Positions 25,346 to 37,510 of a stretch of DNA of 64,000 bases are shown piece by piece (position 1 is the stretch's first letter; every line of letters begins with the position of its first letter). The stretch is from Haliotis rufescens. Taxonomy: Eukaryota. Under the pieces are notes generated by a model, which was not told the origin of the DNA, made no database searches, and saw only the letters and a program-made list of their open reading frames with translations. The stretch lies in the NCBI RefSeq assembly GCF_023055435.1, contig NW_025964361.1, positions 33,356,001-33,420,000 of the forward strand, written 5' to 3'. The position numbers were made by a program, and so were the translations under genes.

Positions 25346-26247
25346 AGAAAGACAGGTACATACAGCATGGACAAGCAGTGAATGCTGACACAGCGTACAA
25401 TTCAGGCTTAACTCATTCAGCTGCAAATGTACGTCCATGTATTCAGCTGGGAAATATTTACATTCAAGGACTCTTTAGAATTAATACTTGCAGGATACAG
25501 CAAGTTACATTTTCAAAAGGTCAAAGAAAAACTTGTACAAAGGATGGCGAAGAAAACCCTTTGATAACAACAATTTGATGTCATATATATGTTAAGTTGA
25601 CTGTCAGATAGCTTCTTTAAAATATTGACAGATTTGTGTGGCAGTATGCACCCTGTCCCCCTCCACTATAGACCAGTCCAGGTAAACATGCTTTCAGTGC
25701 TGGGTGGTATTCTCCATATTTGGGACGCCCTCTCCAAGCACACAATGCCTGGCCCTCGCTAGTTGCCCTAATCAAGTTATATAACATCACAGCCTCTGAG
25801 GTAAGTTTATGTATTTGTGACTTTCCATGCTGAACGTAGGCATTTTCCATATTACCTGCATTGATGTCTTTCACCGAGACTTTCTGGTTGTGGAAAACTA
25901 ACAGCTTTGAAGGCAGAACAAGAAGTTATGCTGATGTAACTCATCATTCATGTGTACAGATGAATATGTTTACATTTCTCATGACAAATGTCATATTTTG
26001 ACATATTTTCATTTTTCAACATGTCGGCTGGGGCATTCCACTGTAGGTCACTGTGAGTGCACCGGCAGATTACAAACAGGTTGTGTGACACTGTTGCCTA
26101 CATCAGTGATAATGTTTTTGCTTACTGAAATTAAAATAGGTCATAAATACATGATAAGATAAGAAAAAATTGTAACAGTGTGATAAAGACAGTCACCTCA
26201 TCACAGATTAGAGACCGTCTCTTTAGCAGAGAGAAATTATTGTCACT

Positions 26248-26795
26248 TGAGCATAGAGTAGGGATTGTCGATTAGCATAGAGGGGGACTGTCACATTAGC
26301 CTAGAGAAGGGATTGTGACTTGAGCATAGAGTAGGGGTTGTCGATAAGCATAGAGGGGGGACTGCCACATTAGCATAGAGGGTGGACTGTCACATTAGCA
26401 TAAAGAAATGATTGTATCTTGAGCATAGAGTAGGGGTTGTGTATTAGCATAGAGGGGGACTGTCACATTAGCATAGAGAAATGATTGTATCTTGAGCATA
26501 GAGTAGGGGTTGTCGATTAGCATAGAGGGGGACTTTCACATTAGCATAGAGAAGGGACTGGCACCTTAGCATAGAGTAGGGGTTGTGTATTAGCATAAAG
26601 GGTGGACTGTCACATTAGCATAGAGAAATGATTGTATCTTGAGCATAGAGTAGGGGTTGTCTATTAGCATAGAGGGGGACTGTCGCATTAGCATAGAGAA
26701 ATAATTGTCATTTGGGCATAGAGTAGGGGTTGTGTATTAGCATAGAGGGGGGACTGTCACATTAGCAGAGAGAAATGATTGTCACTTGAGCATGA
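26248..26795. repeat. ~24-bp subunit array (agcatagag core) with a ~72-bp trimeric higher-order unit
   Basis: Cycle of tagggg / gggggactgtc / aaatgattg variants. Confidence 0.88.
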
Positions 26796-27186
26796 GTAGA
26801 CTATGCTGTAAAGTTGGACATAGGCCTCCCTCCTTAAAAGATGTAAGTGTGAGCGATGAATTAGTCCTTGGTATAAAATTCAAATGTAGAAATTGACCGA
26901 GGGAAGAAAATACATTCCTCATCCCGAGTATATTGTTCCACAAGAACCAATACTGCTGGTATATCAATCCCTCCAGAACAAATGTTCAGGGGGAAACATA
27001 TTACTCTCACAAAAGCCCAATACATGTCGTAACTCATTCATTTAGCTAAAAACATTGATCATCGGCCTCCTTATGTCAGAGAAATAAATTGTATATCTTG
27101 AAGCACTGCCTGCAAATATATTCCTAAACAAAAATTCCAAGCCCCAAGAATATTCAATGTCAGTCTCTTACAACAGTCACAGATCT

Positions 27187-27995
27187 TTTTGTTTGTTTTC
27201 CACCACACTCAGCAACATTCCAGGTATATGACAGCAGTCTGTAAATAATCGAGTTTGGACCAGACAGTCCAGTGTTGGATATTGTGAGCACAGATCCACA
27301 CTGTCAGGGCACGATGACCAATCTCATTAAAATCAGATCTACGTTCTCACTGCCGCTTAAACAAAGATCTGAGGACATCCCATTACGGGTCACGTCAGAA
27401 CGACCTTTCGCAAACTTTGACTGACCACTGAAACGAATAACAAGAAGTCGATATCAGCCAATGAGAAAGCAGCTTTCTCAAGCTTTACGGCAATCGTTTC
27501 AACCTTGCGACCTCCATTTTAGACTACGCTTGAAAAATATGTTGACCCAGTTCAGTTGAAAACATTGTATGGCAGTCCTTCCCATGTACTGAGCAACGCC
27601 TCCTCCATTCAAATGTAATGCCACGGAAGCGAGAAACATGATAATTTTGACGGAATAAGTCGTACGGGCGGTAGCTGTCGTTTGGAATACCCCGTTTTAA
27701 CGTTTTCGAGGTTGCATGATTAGAAAACACATTCCGAATGTCACTTTCATGATCTGGTAAGCGACACTTTGATTGGTCGAATAATAGGTCGTTCTGACGT
27801 GACCCGTAATGGGATGTCCTCAGGTCTTTGTTTGGCGATAGCGAGAACTAAGATCTGATTTTAATGAGATTGCACGATGACATGCCATCAATCAAGTCAC
27901 CGACCACCTAATCTGACCACCCGATCCATTTGGTCTCCACTTTCGAATAGCATAGGTTCGTGGGGACCTATTTTAACCCAGAACCGCCACGGGTC
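27187..27995 (-). mobile_element. Family C SINE split by an M2 MITE
   Basis: Tail half at 27187-27318, head half at 27873-27995; the halves rejoin at the TSD. Confidence 0.8.
27319..27872. mobile_element. Mutator-like MITE family M2
   Basis: Long TIRs and a perfect 9-bp TSD cacgatgac. Confidence 0.92.
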
Positions 27996-28582
27996 ATAGA
28001 TCTATTATCAGTTGGTGAAATTGGACCATAGCTTCTGTTGCAAGTCAAGTGCAAGTCAGGGTTCTATCTATCAGGGGTCAAGATTCCTTGTATTACGTCC
28101 CCAAGGCATGGTTTATATCATAGCGTCCCAGTTAAATAAGATTCCGGTGCCTGAACAGAGGCGGATCCGGAATTTGGAAAAACCTGGGGGTGCACAAATA
28201 ATACCTAAGCCACAAAGTAATTTGACCGAGGGCACACACTGAAATCACTTTTTTTTTTAATAAAATGTATTTTGTGACAATGTTTAGTGTTGAAGCCAGT
28301 GAGAAATGAATTTTGCACTAGAAAAATGGACAGATACGTGGCAAACAATTAAGCCTTTAACAAGCTCAATGAACAGATTTTACAAATTTCCTTCATTTTT
28401 CATTGAACAATTTCTGAAAGTAGTCTAAATTTTCATAGGGCACACCTAAACATCTTTGTGGACAGATCCTACGCAGAAATGAAAATAATTGGATTTCTAT
28501 ATATTCTATAAATTCTATGAATTTTATATATAAAGACTCACTGTACATTACCATCTTGATGTATTTCAGGTAACAGTCGGTC

Positions 28583-29221
28583 ATGATGGATATGAAGTTC
28601 GCCGGTGTTTTGGTAGCCATCTTGGTTTGCCTCATCCCTGTACAAGGTCAGGATAAAGCTTCGATGGACAAAACCATCAGATACTTCGCGGACATCAGCC
28701 TGCAATGTGACAGTTTAGCTCTGAATATTTCTGATGATATGAGCCAAGTCAGAAAGCTCTACTGGATTTTGACAGATGGTGTTTTAGTTGACAGCACTTC
28801 AACCAATCTGCCCAAGAATGTGGCTCTGTCCGCTAACAGCTACACACTCAACATCACCAAGATTTCCGACCCCATGTTTGGCTACTATCACTGCGTGATT
28901 TTATTCAACAACAACACAGTCCAAGCAATCAGAAGGGGCGTCAATGTGGACGGTGCTGATTTTACCGAGCTTCACGACCAATATCGCAGTAACGCCTTAA
29001 TTGGTGGAATTGCCGCTGGTGTCATGGTGGCCATTGTTGGTGTGAGTTGTCTTGTCTGGCACTTCCGGTTCAGAAAGGATTTCAACGATAGGGAAGACCT
29101 GTACAAGCCAGATAAGATCAATGGAACCAGTGTCGCATATGATAACACTGCTGTGGAGATGGAAGACAAGGAACCCCAGACTGAGGAAAAGTCCAATGGG
29201 GTAATTGATGAAAGACTTTGA
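28583..29221 (+). CDS. Single-Ig-domain type I membrane protein, paralog 2 (212 aa)
   Basis: Acceptor gtatttcAG at 28569; signal peptide KFAGVLVAILVCLIPVQG; SLQC..LYW..DPMFGYYHC; TM ALIGGIAAGVMVAIVGVSCLVW; tail AYDNTAV; C-terminus DERL. Confidence 0.9.
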   Translation: MMDMKFAGVLVAILVCLIPVQGQDKASMDKTIRYFADISLQCDSLALNISDDMSQVRKLYWILTDGVLVDSTSTNLPKNVALSANSYTLNITKISDPMFGYYHCVILFNNNTVQAIRRGVNVDGADFTELHDQYRSNALIGGIAAGVMVAIVGVSCLVWHFRFRKDFNDREDLYKPDKINGTSVAYDNTAVEMEDKEPQTEEKSNGVIDERL

Positions 29222-29264
29222 ATATTACCTGTTACATAGAATATTCAAGAAGACTTATTCAACT

Positions 29265-29543
29265 GTCTCAAGTCTTAGTGAGCGAGTTAAAATTTAATGT
29301 CGCATCGGCATTTTTCCATCCATAAAGCGACGAGTCACAAGTCTTAGTGAGCGAGTTAAAATTTAATGTTGCATTGGCATTATTCCAGCCATAAAGCGAC
29401 GAGTCTCAAGTCTTAGTGAGCGAGTTAAAATTTAACGTCGCATTGGCATTGTTCAAGCCATAAAGCAACGAGTCTCAGGTCTAAGTGAGCGAGTCAAAAT
29501 TTAACGTTGCATCAGCATTATTCCAGCCAAGTCTCAAGTCTTA
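29265..29543. repeat. 69-bp tandem repeat x4 derived from a SINE tail plus its target site
   Basis: The gtcttagtg landmark recurs at 29272, 29341, 29410 and 29479; the core is the reverse complement of 22329-22386. Confidence 0.88.
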
Positions 29544-30475
29544 AAGGGACTATGTACACACAGGGTACTTTATGTTTACTGGTTACATATATACCTTCTT
29601 CTTAGGTCCTTGTTTTCTAAAGTTTTAAAGTTCATATGGCAGGTACGCCATAACTTACATTTGTATAGCCCTGTAGAGAATCTCACCTGCATGTCTTTTG
29701 ATATCAAATATGTCAGTGAGTGTTGATACATTTGGTATTGAAAGACACAAGGGTTTGATTCTATTCATCATTCAGACTTATTCTTCTTAGTATTTTAGTT
29801 TTTTAGCAGTAATCAACAGTGTCTGGGGATAAGAAAGTACAGCTAACCAGCTTCAGAGGCAGACAGATTAGTGATGTCATTTGATTGTGATGGTATGATA
29901 ACCAATGAGGTCACAATGGCCTGCAAAGCCATTGATACAATTTCATAGTACCCTATCTCCTAGGATATATTGCTTGATCTCACTCAAGCCATATCTTATG
30001 TGGAAGCCAGTTTTGTACATAAAACAAAATTTTAGTTTGCCCTCTTTCATTTATCTTAATATTCACAAGAAAAGATTTGGACTGTTCTATGAGCCCCTTT
30101 GATACATTGTTATCAGGATAGTCATACTTCTTCAGGGCACGCACAACCAGTATTTTAGAAATTGGTGGATATTATTCATACAGTTGTGTACAATATTTAG
30201 AAATCAATATGTTCCTGCTTCAATACAATGACGCTATGTGTTTCATTCACCTATCTTACTTGTTGTGTCATAACAACACATTCTTTTTGTACAATATCTA
30301 ATAGACAATATATATACCAGCAATACTATATCTGTAATACAATATGGTTTTTTTATTTTATTGTGTTTTTGGAGGGGTAGGAGCAATCTAACCTTCAACT
30401 TCTTGTGATTGTTGTGCCCGTAGACTATCAAGGCTTAAGGCCTCCTCCAAAATATATGTGTGATTCCGGTTTTCC

Positions 30476-30895
30476 CATCTTCCCATGACAAGAGCGTCCA
30501 CTAGCCTTATTTATCAAAGTCTTGTTTCCACCCTTGCCACATCAAGCCCACTTTCCTGTGCTAAGTATGATTGGACTATCACACATATCGATAGTCCAAT
30601 CGGAGAACGTTTCACAAAATCAACATCCACGACTTGTATGAAAGTGATGTTTTTTTCATCTGTTAACACCCCCACCAACGATTGCCTATGTTTTTGTGTC
30701 AGGGATGAAATCGCAAATGTTTTCGTTATCTGATCGACTATGTCGTCGCCTATGGTAGTCGCCATCTTTGTGAAGCTATACAAGGATCTACGGGAGGTGG
30801 GGCCAGTGTAGAGCCAAGGAAATTGGTCTTGATGTGGCAAGGGTAGAAACTAGGCTTTGATACAGGCTAGTGGACACGCTTGCCTCGGGAAGATG
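30476..30895. mobile_element. M1-related MITE with a different interior
   Basis: TIRs catcttccc...gtttccacccttgccacatcaag and complement; flanking duplication ggttttcc. Confidence 0.85.
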
Positions 30896-31344
30896 GGTTT
30901 TCCAGACTGACCCAAGGACTTTTATCGCATTGTTTTTTGAGTTGCCCCATCATCCCAGTGTTGTCTGAATGTCTTTTAAAGAAAACTAAATATCTAAGCG
31001 AAAAAAACAACACAATCTACCCTTCTATGTTTGCATGGGCTGAAATAGGAACTGAACGTTTTGTTTTACCTAATCTGTTTTGTGCATACATATGCTACTC
31101 AGCTTTTGATAGGGGCATGACATATTAAAGTCTTTCTATTACCTATTCCTTCCTAATTATTATAATTATTTATTTGATGTACCATGATATAAAAGAATAT
31201 CACACACCATGGAATGTTCAGAATATCCCAGTCAAGCCTTTGGTATTATATATATATATATATACAACATATCAAGATGTGATGTACATTCTTGTTTTGC
31301 TACAAATGTTGTAATATCATTCCAGTCATTGTTTTTATGTCTAC

Positions 31345-31862
31345 TAATCTCATTAAAATCAGATCGTTTAGTCCTGATACCATACGTCTCTGCATGAAGA
31401 TCAGGTGAACCGTGATCGAGCTATCCGTGGCTGCCCAGTCGAAGTGAAGGATGCAAGGATTGAGCCAATCAGATGTCAGCTTTCTAAAATGATTCAGCTT
31501 CATTTCTTTGATTTTGAAATTTTGGTTTGTACAAATGAAAACCACACAGAACACAAATATTCATTTAATTGTGCTGCAATGTGGACGAAGATGCCACAGT
31601 ACTCGGATATGACAAGGTGTATTAAATATCAACACTAATGGGGCGACCTTATTTATCTGCATTCCAAATTTGTTGTTAGAGTTTGTTTATGAGATACAGA
31701 AATCAGATATGGTTGTCTGAAGGCTTCACTCACTTGTACTGAGAATTTGAAAGCCTCAACAAAGTTTGACTGAATAGAAAGGTCATATACATAGAGGCAT
31801 CGTCAGATCTTCACATAGAATGGTTTTGTATCGGAGTAATAGATCTGATTTTAATGAGATTG
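31345..31862. mobile_element. M2-related MITE with a different interior
   Basis: Termini aatctcattaaaatcagatc / gatctgattttaatgagattg; no clean TSD. Confidence 0.75.
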
Positions 31863-32019
31863 TCATGCCTTCAATAAATATGTGAATATTTTGTATTGAT
31901 TTGTACATGCTATTTGTTAATCAGAAATAAACATTTGTATAATTCAAAGAGGTATTTCTTTATTGGGGTCGAACAGCAAGGGAAGTTGAAAGCAAATTAT
32001 TCAGCAACATTTGAACAAG

Positions 32020-32420
32020 GTTTAATAAAGGTCATTCAGCAAGTTTAGGAAGGTTTACACCAAAGTCATTCTATGACATTTCATCAAGATTTAAACCAAA
32101 GTCATTCTATGACATTTCATCAAGGTTTAGACAAAAGTCATTCTATGACATTTCATGAAGGCTTGAACCAAAGTCATTCTATGACATTTCATCACGGCTT
32201 AGACCAAAGTCATTCTATGACATTCATCAAAATTTAAACCAAGGTCATTCAGCAACATGTCAACTAGGTTTAAACCGAGCATTTCATGAAGGTTAAACCA
32301 AGATCCTTCAGACACATTTTAGCAAGGTTCAAATCAAGGTCATTCAATGACATTTCAACCAAGTTTTAATCCAACGTAATGCAGCAACAGTTCAACAAGG
32401 ACTATACAAAGGTCATTAAC
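32020..32420. repeat. 36-bp tandem repeat (ccaaagtcattctatgacatttcatcaaggtttaaa) with decayed edges
   Basis: Direct reading. Confidence 0.85.
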
Positions 32421-33329
32421 TCTTCTTACCATGTTCATTTTCCTAGGCACAGTAACCATGGCATCGCTGAGAGCAAATATCGATTTGTTTGATCCTTATA
32501 TCATAAGATGAAATATACAAATCCTTCTTTAAATCAATTCATTGAGTTTAAACCTGAAACAATGTCATTCAGAGCGAAAACTCAACCTGGTTTAAGCCAA
32601 GGTATGAACCAAGAAAACTGGCTGAAAGACCTAGGGTCCCATCCACGAAGAGTTTGTGGTGCGAAGAGCATCTTAAGTCATTTCGGCATGAACGGATGAC
32701 AGATGTAGCACATGGCTTTTTGAATGAGGTCCATGTCCCCGCAAGTTACTTAATGTAACTCACATCTTAAAGTTAAGACATTAATCTACAGAAATTCTGC
32801 AAACCAACAGATATACATTTTGTGGTTAAACTAGGGTCAGGGGGGTTGGGGTGGAACCTGGTGGCTGAAATGAGGACCGACAGCAGCATTAAACCAAACT
32901 CACTCTGTTCTAGCAACAGTTGCTAGGGAGGTAGGTTGGATCGGAATATGGATCTATGAATGGCAGAGCCTTGACCATATGTGCCGCCCTCCCCACGACA
33001 CATTCATATTAACAGCTGCGTTCAATGCCCACTTATGTTTCTTGGTATTCTTGGAGGGGAAAATATAACAATTTTTCCTACCTCTTCACTTCTGTTTACA
33101 AAAAAATGTCCCTCCTCATCTTTGGAAAAAATGTGCCCAAGAAATATTTTCTCATGCAGCCTTACAGGAAGTCCATATTGATCGACTTTACATTTATGTA
33201 ATAATACATGTTTAATGGATACCAGATATTCATGGGATGAATTCTGATTGTTTTAGAAACCTGGTTAAATATTGTAACCAGTAGCTAGTTGTTCTGTGGA
33301 TGAACAGACACTTGTCCTGTGGATGAACA

Positions 33330-34765
33330 AACACAGGTAGACTAATTTGCATCTAGAGAGCGGAAGGTTGGTGGTTTGATCCCGAGCCGCATCACAGCAA
33401 AAGACAAAAGATGGTCCTTGTTGTTACTCTGCCTGCTGCTGGTCATTAACCTTTAGCCTGCTGACTTGTTTACCCACTTCTTTACTGTTGGATACATCTT
33501 CCTGAGGCAAGGGAGTTAACTGACTGTTAAAGTCCAGTTTCCAACCTTGCCGAAATAGTCTGCAATTTCATGGTTCGATTGTAGCGCCACCAGTGGTGAT
33601 TACAGGTTATGTCACTTCTATGTCCCTCTTATTGACCAATTAGATTCTTTATATCACTTGCATCTGATTCAAACAAAATAGCAGCAATCACATCTCTGAT
33701 TTCTTAAATTAAACTTAGTTTAGTCTTAAAAAAATAAAAGAATTGGTTCTCAGGCAAGGGCTTCTGAAAATATAGTGCAGGTTGGCGATGTCTTGTTTGG
33801 GGGGGGGGGGGGGGGGGTTGTTCAAACTAGTATGTACCCAAATAAAAAGTTGTGTACGATGAACCTGGGAAAGGGCCTCACTACATAAATGTATTCCTTG
33901 ATGGGTACAATACTGGAATACAGTTTTTAACTACCATTGGACTTGTAATATTTAAGGATTTTTTGTGTTTTTTATAAAAAATGGAAATAAAAACAAAACA
34001 TGAGAACCAAGACTATTATTTTTTTAGCCTTATGTTTTTTTCATTGACAGACAATATTGTGACAAAAGATGTTATTTGTTGTTACCCTACCTGGTGCTTG
34101 GCAATCAGGGGATCAAACAAGGACTGGTCAGCTCAAAGTCAGTTAACTGTTGTTGAGTGGGGTATCCATGTTAAACTGAATATCATCCAACCCCATGGAA
34201 CATGAGCATGCCTTCAGGCACTGGATTGCCAGGATAAGACTTGTTTAATTACTGACCACCATGCAACAGTTGGAATATTTCTGACCATGTTAGACCTTCC
34301 CTCACTCACTGGGGAGACCTCTGTAGGGATTAGTGATCGACCAAGTTCCAAGTACCCTGATTGTCTGTGAGTAAACAGTTTTGAGAGGATAATGCATAGA
34401 CGGGTCACCATTTTGCAACATCGGACCCACACTGTATGGACAGATGGAAAGACTGTTGGCCATTAGTGTGCCTGTTGGTTCAATTGTACAGGTTTAACTC
34501 AGTAACTGACAAGGTGCAAACCCATTTACGTTAAAAGATGGTACCCTGCCTGGCACTCAGCATTTAGGGGCTAAAACAAGGACTGGTTGGCTCAGTCTAA
34601 AAACTTTGTCTGAATGGGGATTCGATGTTACTCTGCAGCATGGTATCTCCATGGGCTACCACTATAAGACCTACTTTATTCCTGACAAGAACAAGCACAC
34701 ACACATCACTGTATAAGTGCTATGATCTTGAACGTGATGTCAAATTCTATTCCACCTCACCTCAC
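33330..34765 (+). mobile_element. Three decayed V-SINE-like fragments (~33330-33450, 34060-34180, 34530-34765) plus an M1 fragment (33494-33680)
   Basis: Recurring aaaagatggta...tgcctg..., aacaaggactggt(t/c)ggctca and gagtgggg motifs resembling, from recall, the V central domain. Confidence 0.5.
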
Positions 34766-34940
34766 TACCCATTGTATTAGTAGTAAAAGAAGAGTTACTT
34801 CCCTTGTAATCCTTTAAAAACCACATCTTGTCATCTTTGGCTCGACAGTCAAAGGGACATAATCCTAGGACTGCCTACATACTCATATGAGAGTATATGC
34901 AGCATATGTAGAAGGTGGAGAAAATGTAGAGAGGTGTGTT

Positions 34941-35110
34941 GTGAGTAAGTGAGTGAGTATGGTTTTACACAGCTTTCAGCAATATTCCAGCAATATCATG
35001 GCAGGGGATACCAGAAATGGGCTTCACACATTGTACCCATGTGGGAAATTGAACCAAGGTCTTTTGCATGACTAGCGAACGCTTTAACCACTTGGCTACC
35101 CCACCGCCTC
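34941..35110 (-). mobile_element. SINE family A
   Basis: Reverse complement of 14274-14454. Confidence 0.88.
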
Positions 35111-35199
35111 AAATGTGCAGTGGGAAAAGAGGGATGAGAAATGGGGGTGGGGTGTTGTTAAAGTTAGAGAGCAGCCACAGGGGTATAGTGTTGTATGGT

Positions 35200-37510
35200 G
35201 GAGTTGTGGAGAAGGTTTGGTAGAGAAAAAAGGTGGGATGAAGTGTTTTGTAGAGAGAATGAGTTGGGTGAGGTGTTTGGTAGAGAGAAAGAGTTGGGTG
35301 AGGTGTTTGGTTAGAGAAAGAATGGGGTGGGGTGTTTGGTATAGAGAAAGAATGGGGTGAGGTGTTTGGTAGAGAGAAAGAATGGGATGAAGTGTTTGGT
35401 AGAGAGAAAGTTTGGTGAGGTGTTTGGTAGAGAGAAAGAGTTGGACGAGGTGTTTGGTAGAGAGAAAGAGTTGGGTGAGGTGTTTGGTGAGAGAAACAGT
35501 TGGTTGAGGTGTTTGGTAGAGAGAAAGGGTGGGGTGAGGTGTTTGGTAGAGAGAAAGAGTAGGGTGAGGTGTTTGGTAGAGAGAAAGGGTGGGGTGAGGT
35601 GTTTGGTAGAGAGAAAGGGTGGGGTGAGGTGTTTGGTAGAGAGAAAGGGTGGGGTGAGGTGCTTTGTAGAGAGAAAGTTTGAGGTGTTTGGTAGAGAGAA
35701 AGAATGGGGTGAGGTGTGTGGTAGAGAGAAAAGATGTGGTGAGCGGTTTGGTAATGAAATTTGGATGGGGTGGGGTGAGGATTTTGTATAGGGAAATAAT
35801 TGGGTGTGGTGTTCGATAGGGAGAAAGGGTGGGGTGAGGTGTTCGATAGGGAGAAAGGGTGGGGTGTGGTGTTTGATAGAGAGAAAGGGTGGGGTGAGGT
35901 GTTTGGTAGAGAGAAAGGGTGGGGTGTGGTGTTTGATAGGGAGAAAGGGTGGGGTGAGGTGTTTGGTAGAGAGAAAGGGTGGGGTGTGGTGTTTGATAGA
36001 GAGAAAGGGTGGGGTGTGGTGTTTGGTAGAGAGAAAGGGTGGGGTGAGGTGTTTGGTAGAGAGAAAGGGTGGGGTGAGGTGTTTGGTAGAGAGAAAGGGT
36101 GGGGTGTGGTGTTTGATAGGGAGAAAGGGTGGGGTGAGGTGTTTGGTAGAGAGAAAGGGTGGGGTGTGGTGTTTGATAGAGAGAAAGGGTGGGGTGTGGT
36201 GTTTGGTAGAGAGAAAGGGTGGGGTGAGGTGTTTGGTAGAGAGAAAGGGTGGGGTGAGGTGTTTGGTAGAGAGAAAGGGTGGGGTGTGATGTTTGGTAGA
36301 GAGAAAGGGTGGGGTGAGGTGTTTGGTAGAGAGAAAGGGTGGGGTGTGGTGTTTGATAGAGAGAAAGGGTGGGGTGTGGTGTTTGATAGGGAGAAAGGGT
36401 GGGGTGTGGTGTTTGATAGAGAGAAAAAGTGGGGTGTGGTGTTTGATAGAGAGAAAGGGTGGGGTGTGGTGTTTGATAGGGAGAAAGGGTGGGGTGAGGT
36501 GTTTGGTAGAGAGAAAGGGTGGGGTGTGGTGTTTGATAGGGAGAAAGGGTGGGGTGGGGTGTTTGATAGGGAGAAAGGGTGGGGTGTGGTGTTTGGTAGA
36601 GAGAAAGGGTGGGGTGTGGTGTTTGATAGGGAGAAAGGGTGGGGTGTGGTGTTTGGTAGAGAGAAAGAGTGGGGTGAGGTGTTTGGTAGAGAGAAAGGGT
36701 GGGGTGAGGTGTTTGGTAGAGAGAAAGGGTGGGGTGAGGTGTTTGGTAGAGAGAAAGAGTGGGGTGAGGTGTTTGGTAGAGAGAAAGGATGGGGTGAGGT
36801 GTTTGGTAGAGAGAAAGAGTGGGGTGAGGTGTTTGGTAGAGAGAAAGGGTGGGGTGAGGTGTTTGGTAGAGAGAAAGGGTGGGGTGAGGTGTTTGGTAGA
36901 GAGAAAGAGTGGGGTGAGGTGTTTGGTAGAGAGAAAGGATGGGGTGAGGTGTTTGATAGAGAGAAAGGGTGGGGTGTGGTGATTGGTAGAGAGAAAGGGT
37001 GGGGTGTGGTGTTCGATAGGGAGAAAGAGTGGGGTGAGGTGTGTGGTAGAGAGAAAGGGTGGGGTGAGGTGTTTGGTAGAGAGAAAGGGTGTGGTGTTTG
37101 ATAGAGAGAAAGAGTGGGGTGAGGTGTTTGGTAGAGAGAAAGGGTGGGGTGAGGTGTTTGGTAGAGAGAAAGGGTGGGGTGAGGTGTTTGATAGGGAGAA
37201 AGGGTGGGGTGAGGTGTTTGGTAGAGAGAAAGGGTGGGGTGAGGTGTTTGATAGAGAGAAAGGGTGGGGTGTGGTGTTTGATAGAGAGAAAGGGTGGGGT
37301 GAGGTGTTTGATAGGGAGAAAGGGTGGGGTGAGGTGTTTGGTAGAGAGAAAGGGTGGGGTGAGGTGTTTGATAGAGAGAAAGGGTGGGGTGTGGTGTTTG
37401 GTAGAGAGAAAGGGTGGGGTGAGGTGTTTGATAGAGAGAAAGGGTGGGGTGTGGTGTTTGATAGAGAGAAAGGGTGGGGTGTGGTGTTTGATAGGGAGAA
37501 AGGGTAGGTT
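35200..37510. repeat. G-rich 30-bp minisatellite (gagaaagggtggggtgaggtgtttggtaga), about 75 copies
   Basis: Direct reading; source of the 810/825-aa spurious ORFs. Confidence 0.97.

Noticed and set aside
24080-25920. Possible minus-strand exons (e.g. GSVNIGSMLQVL*, ORF 25617-25874)
   Set aside because: No recognisable homology and no consistent splice chain could be built.
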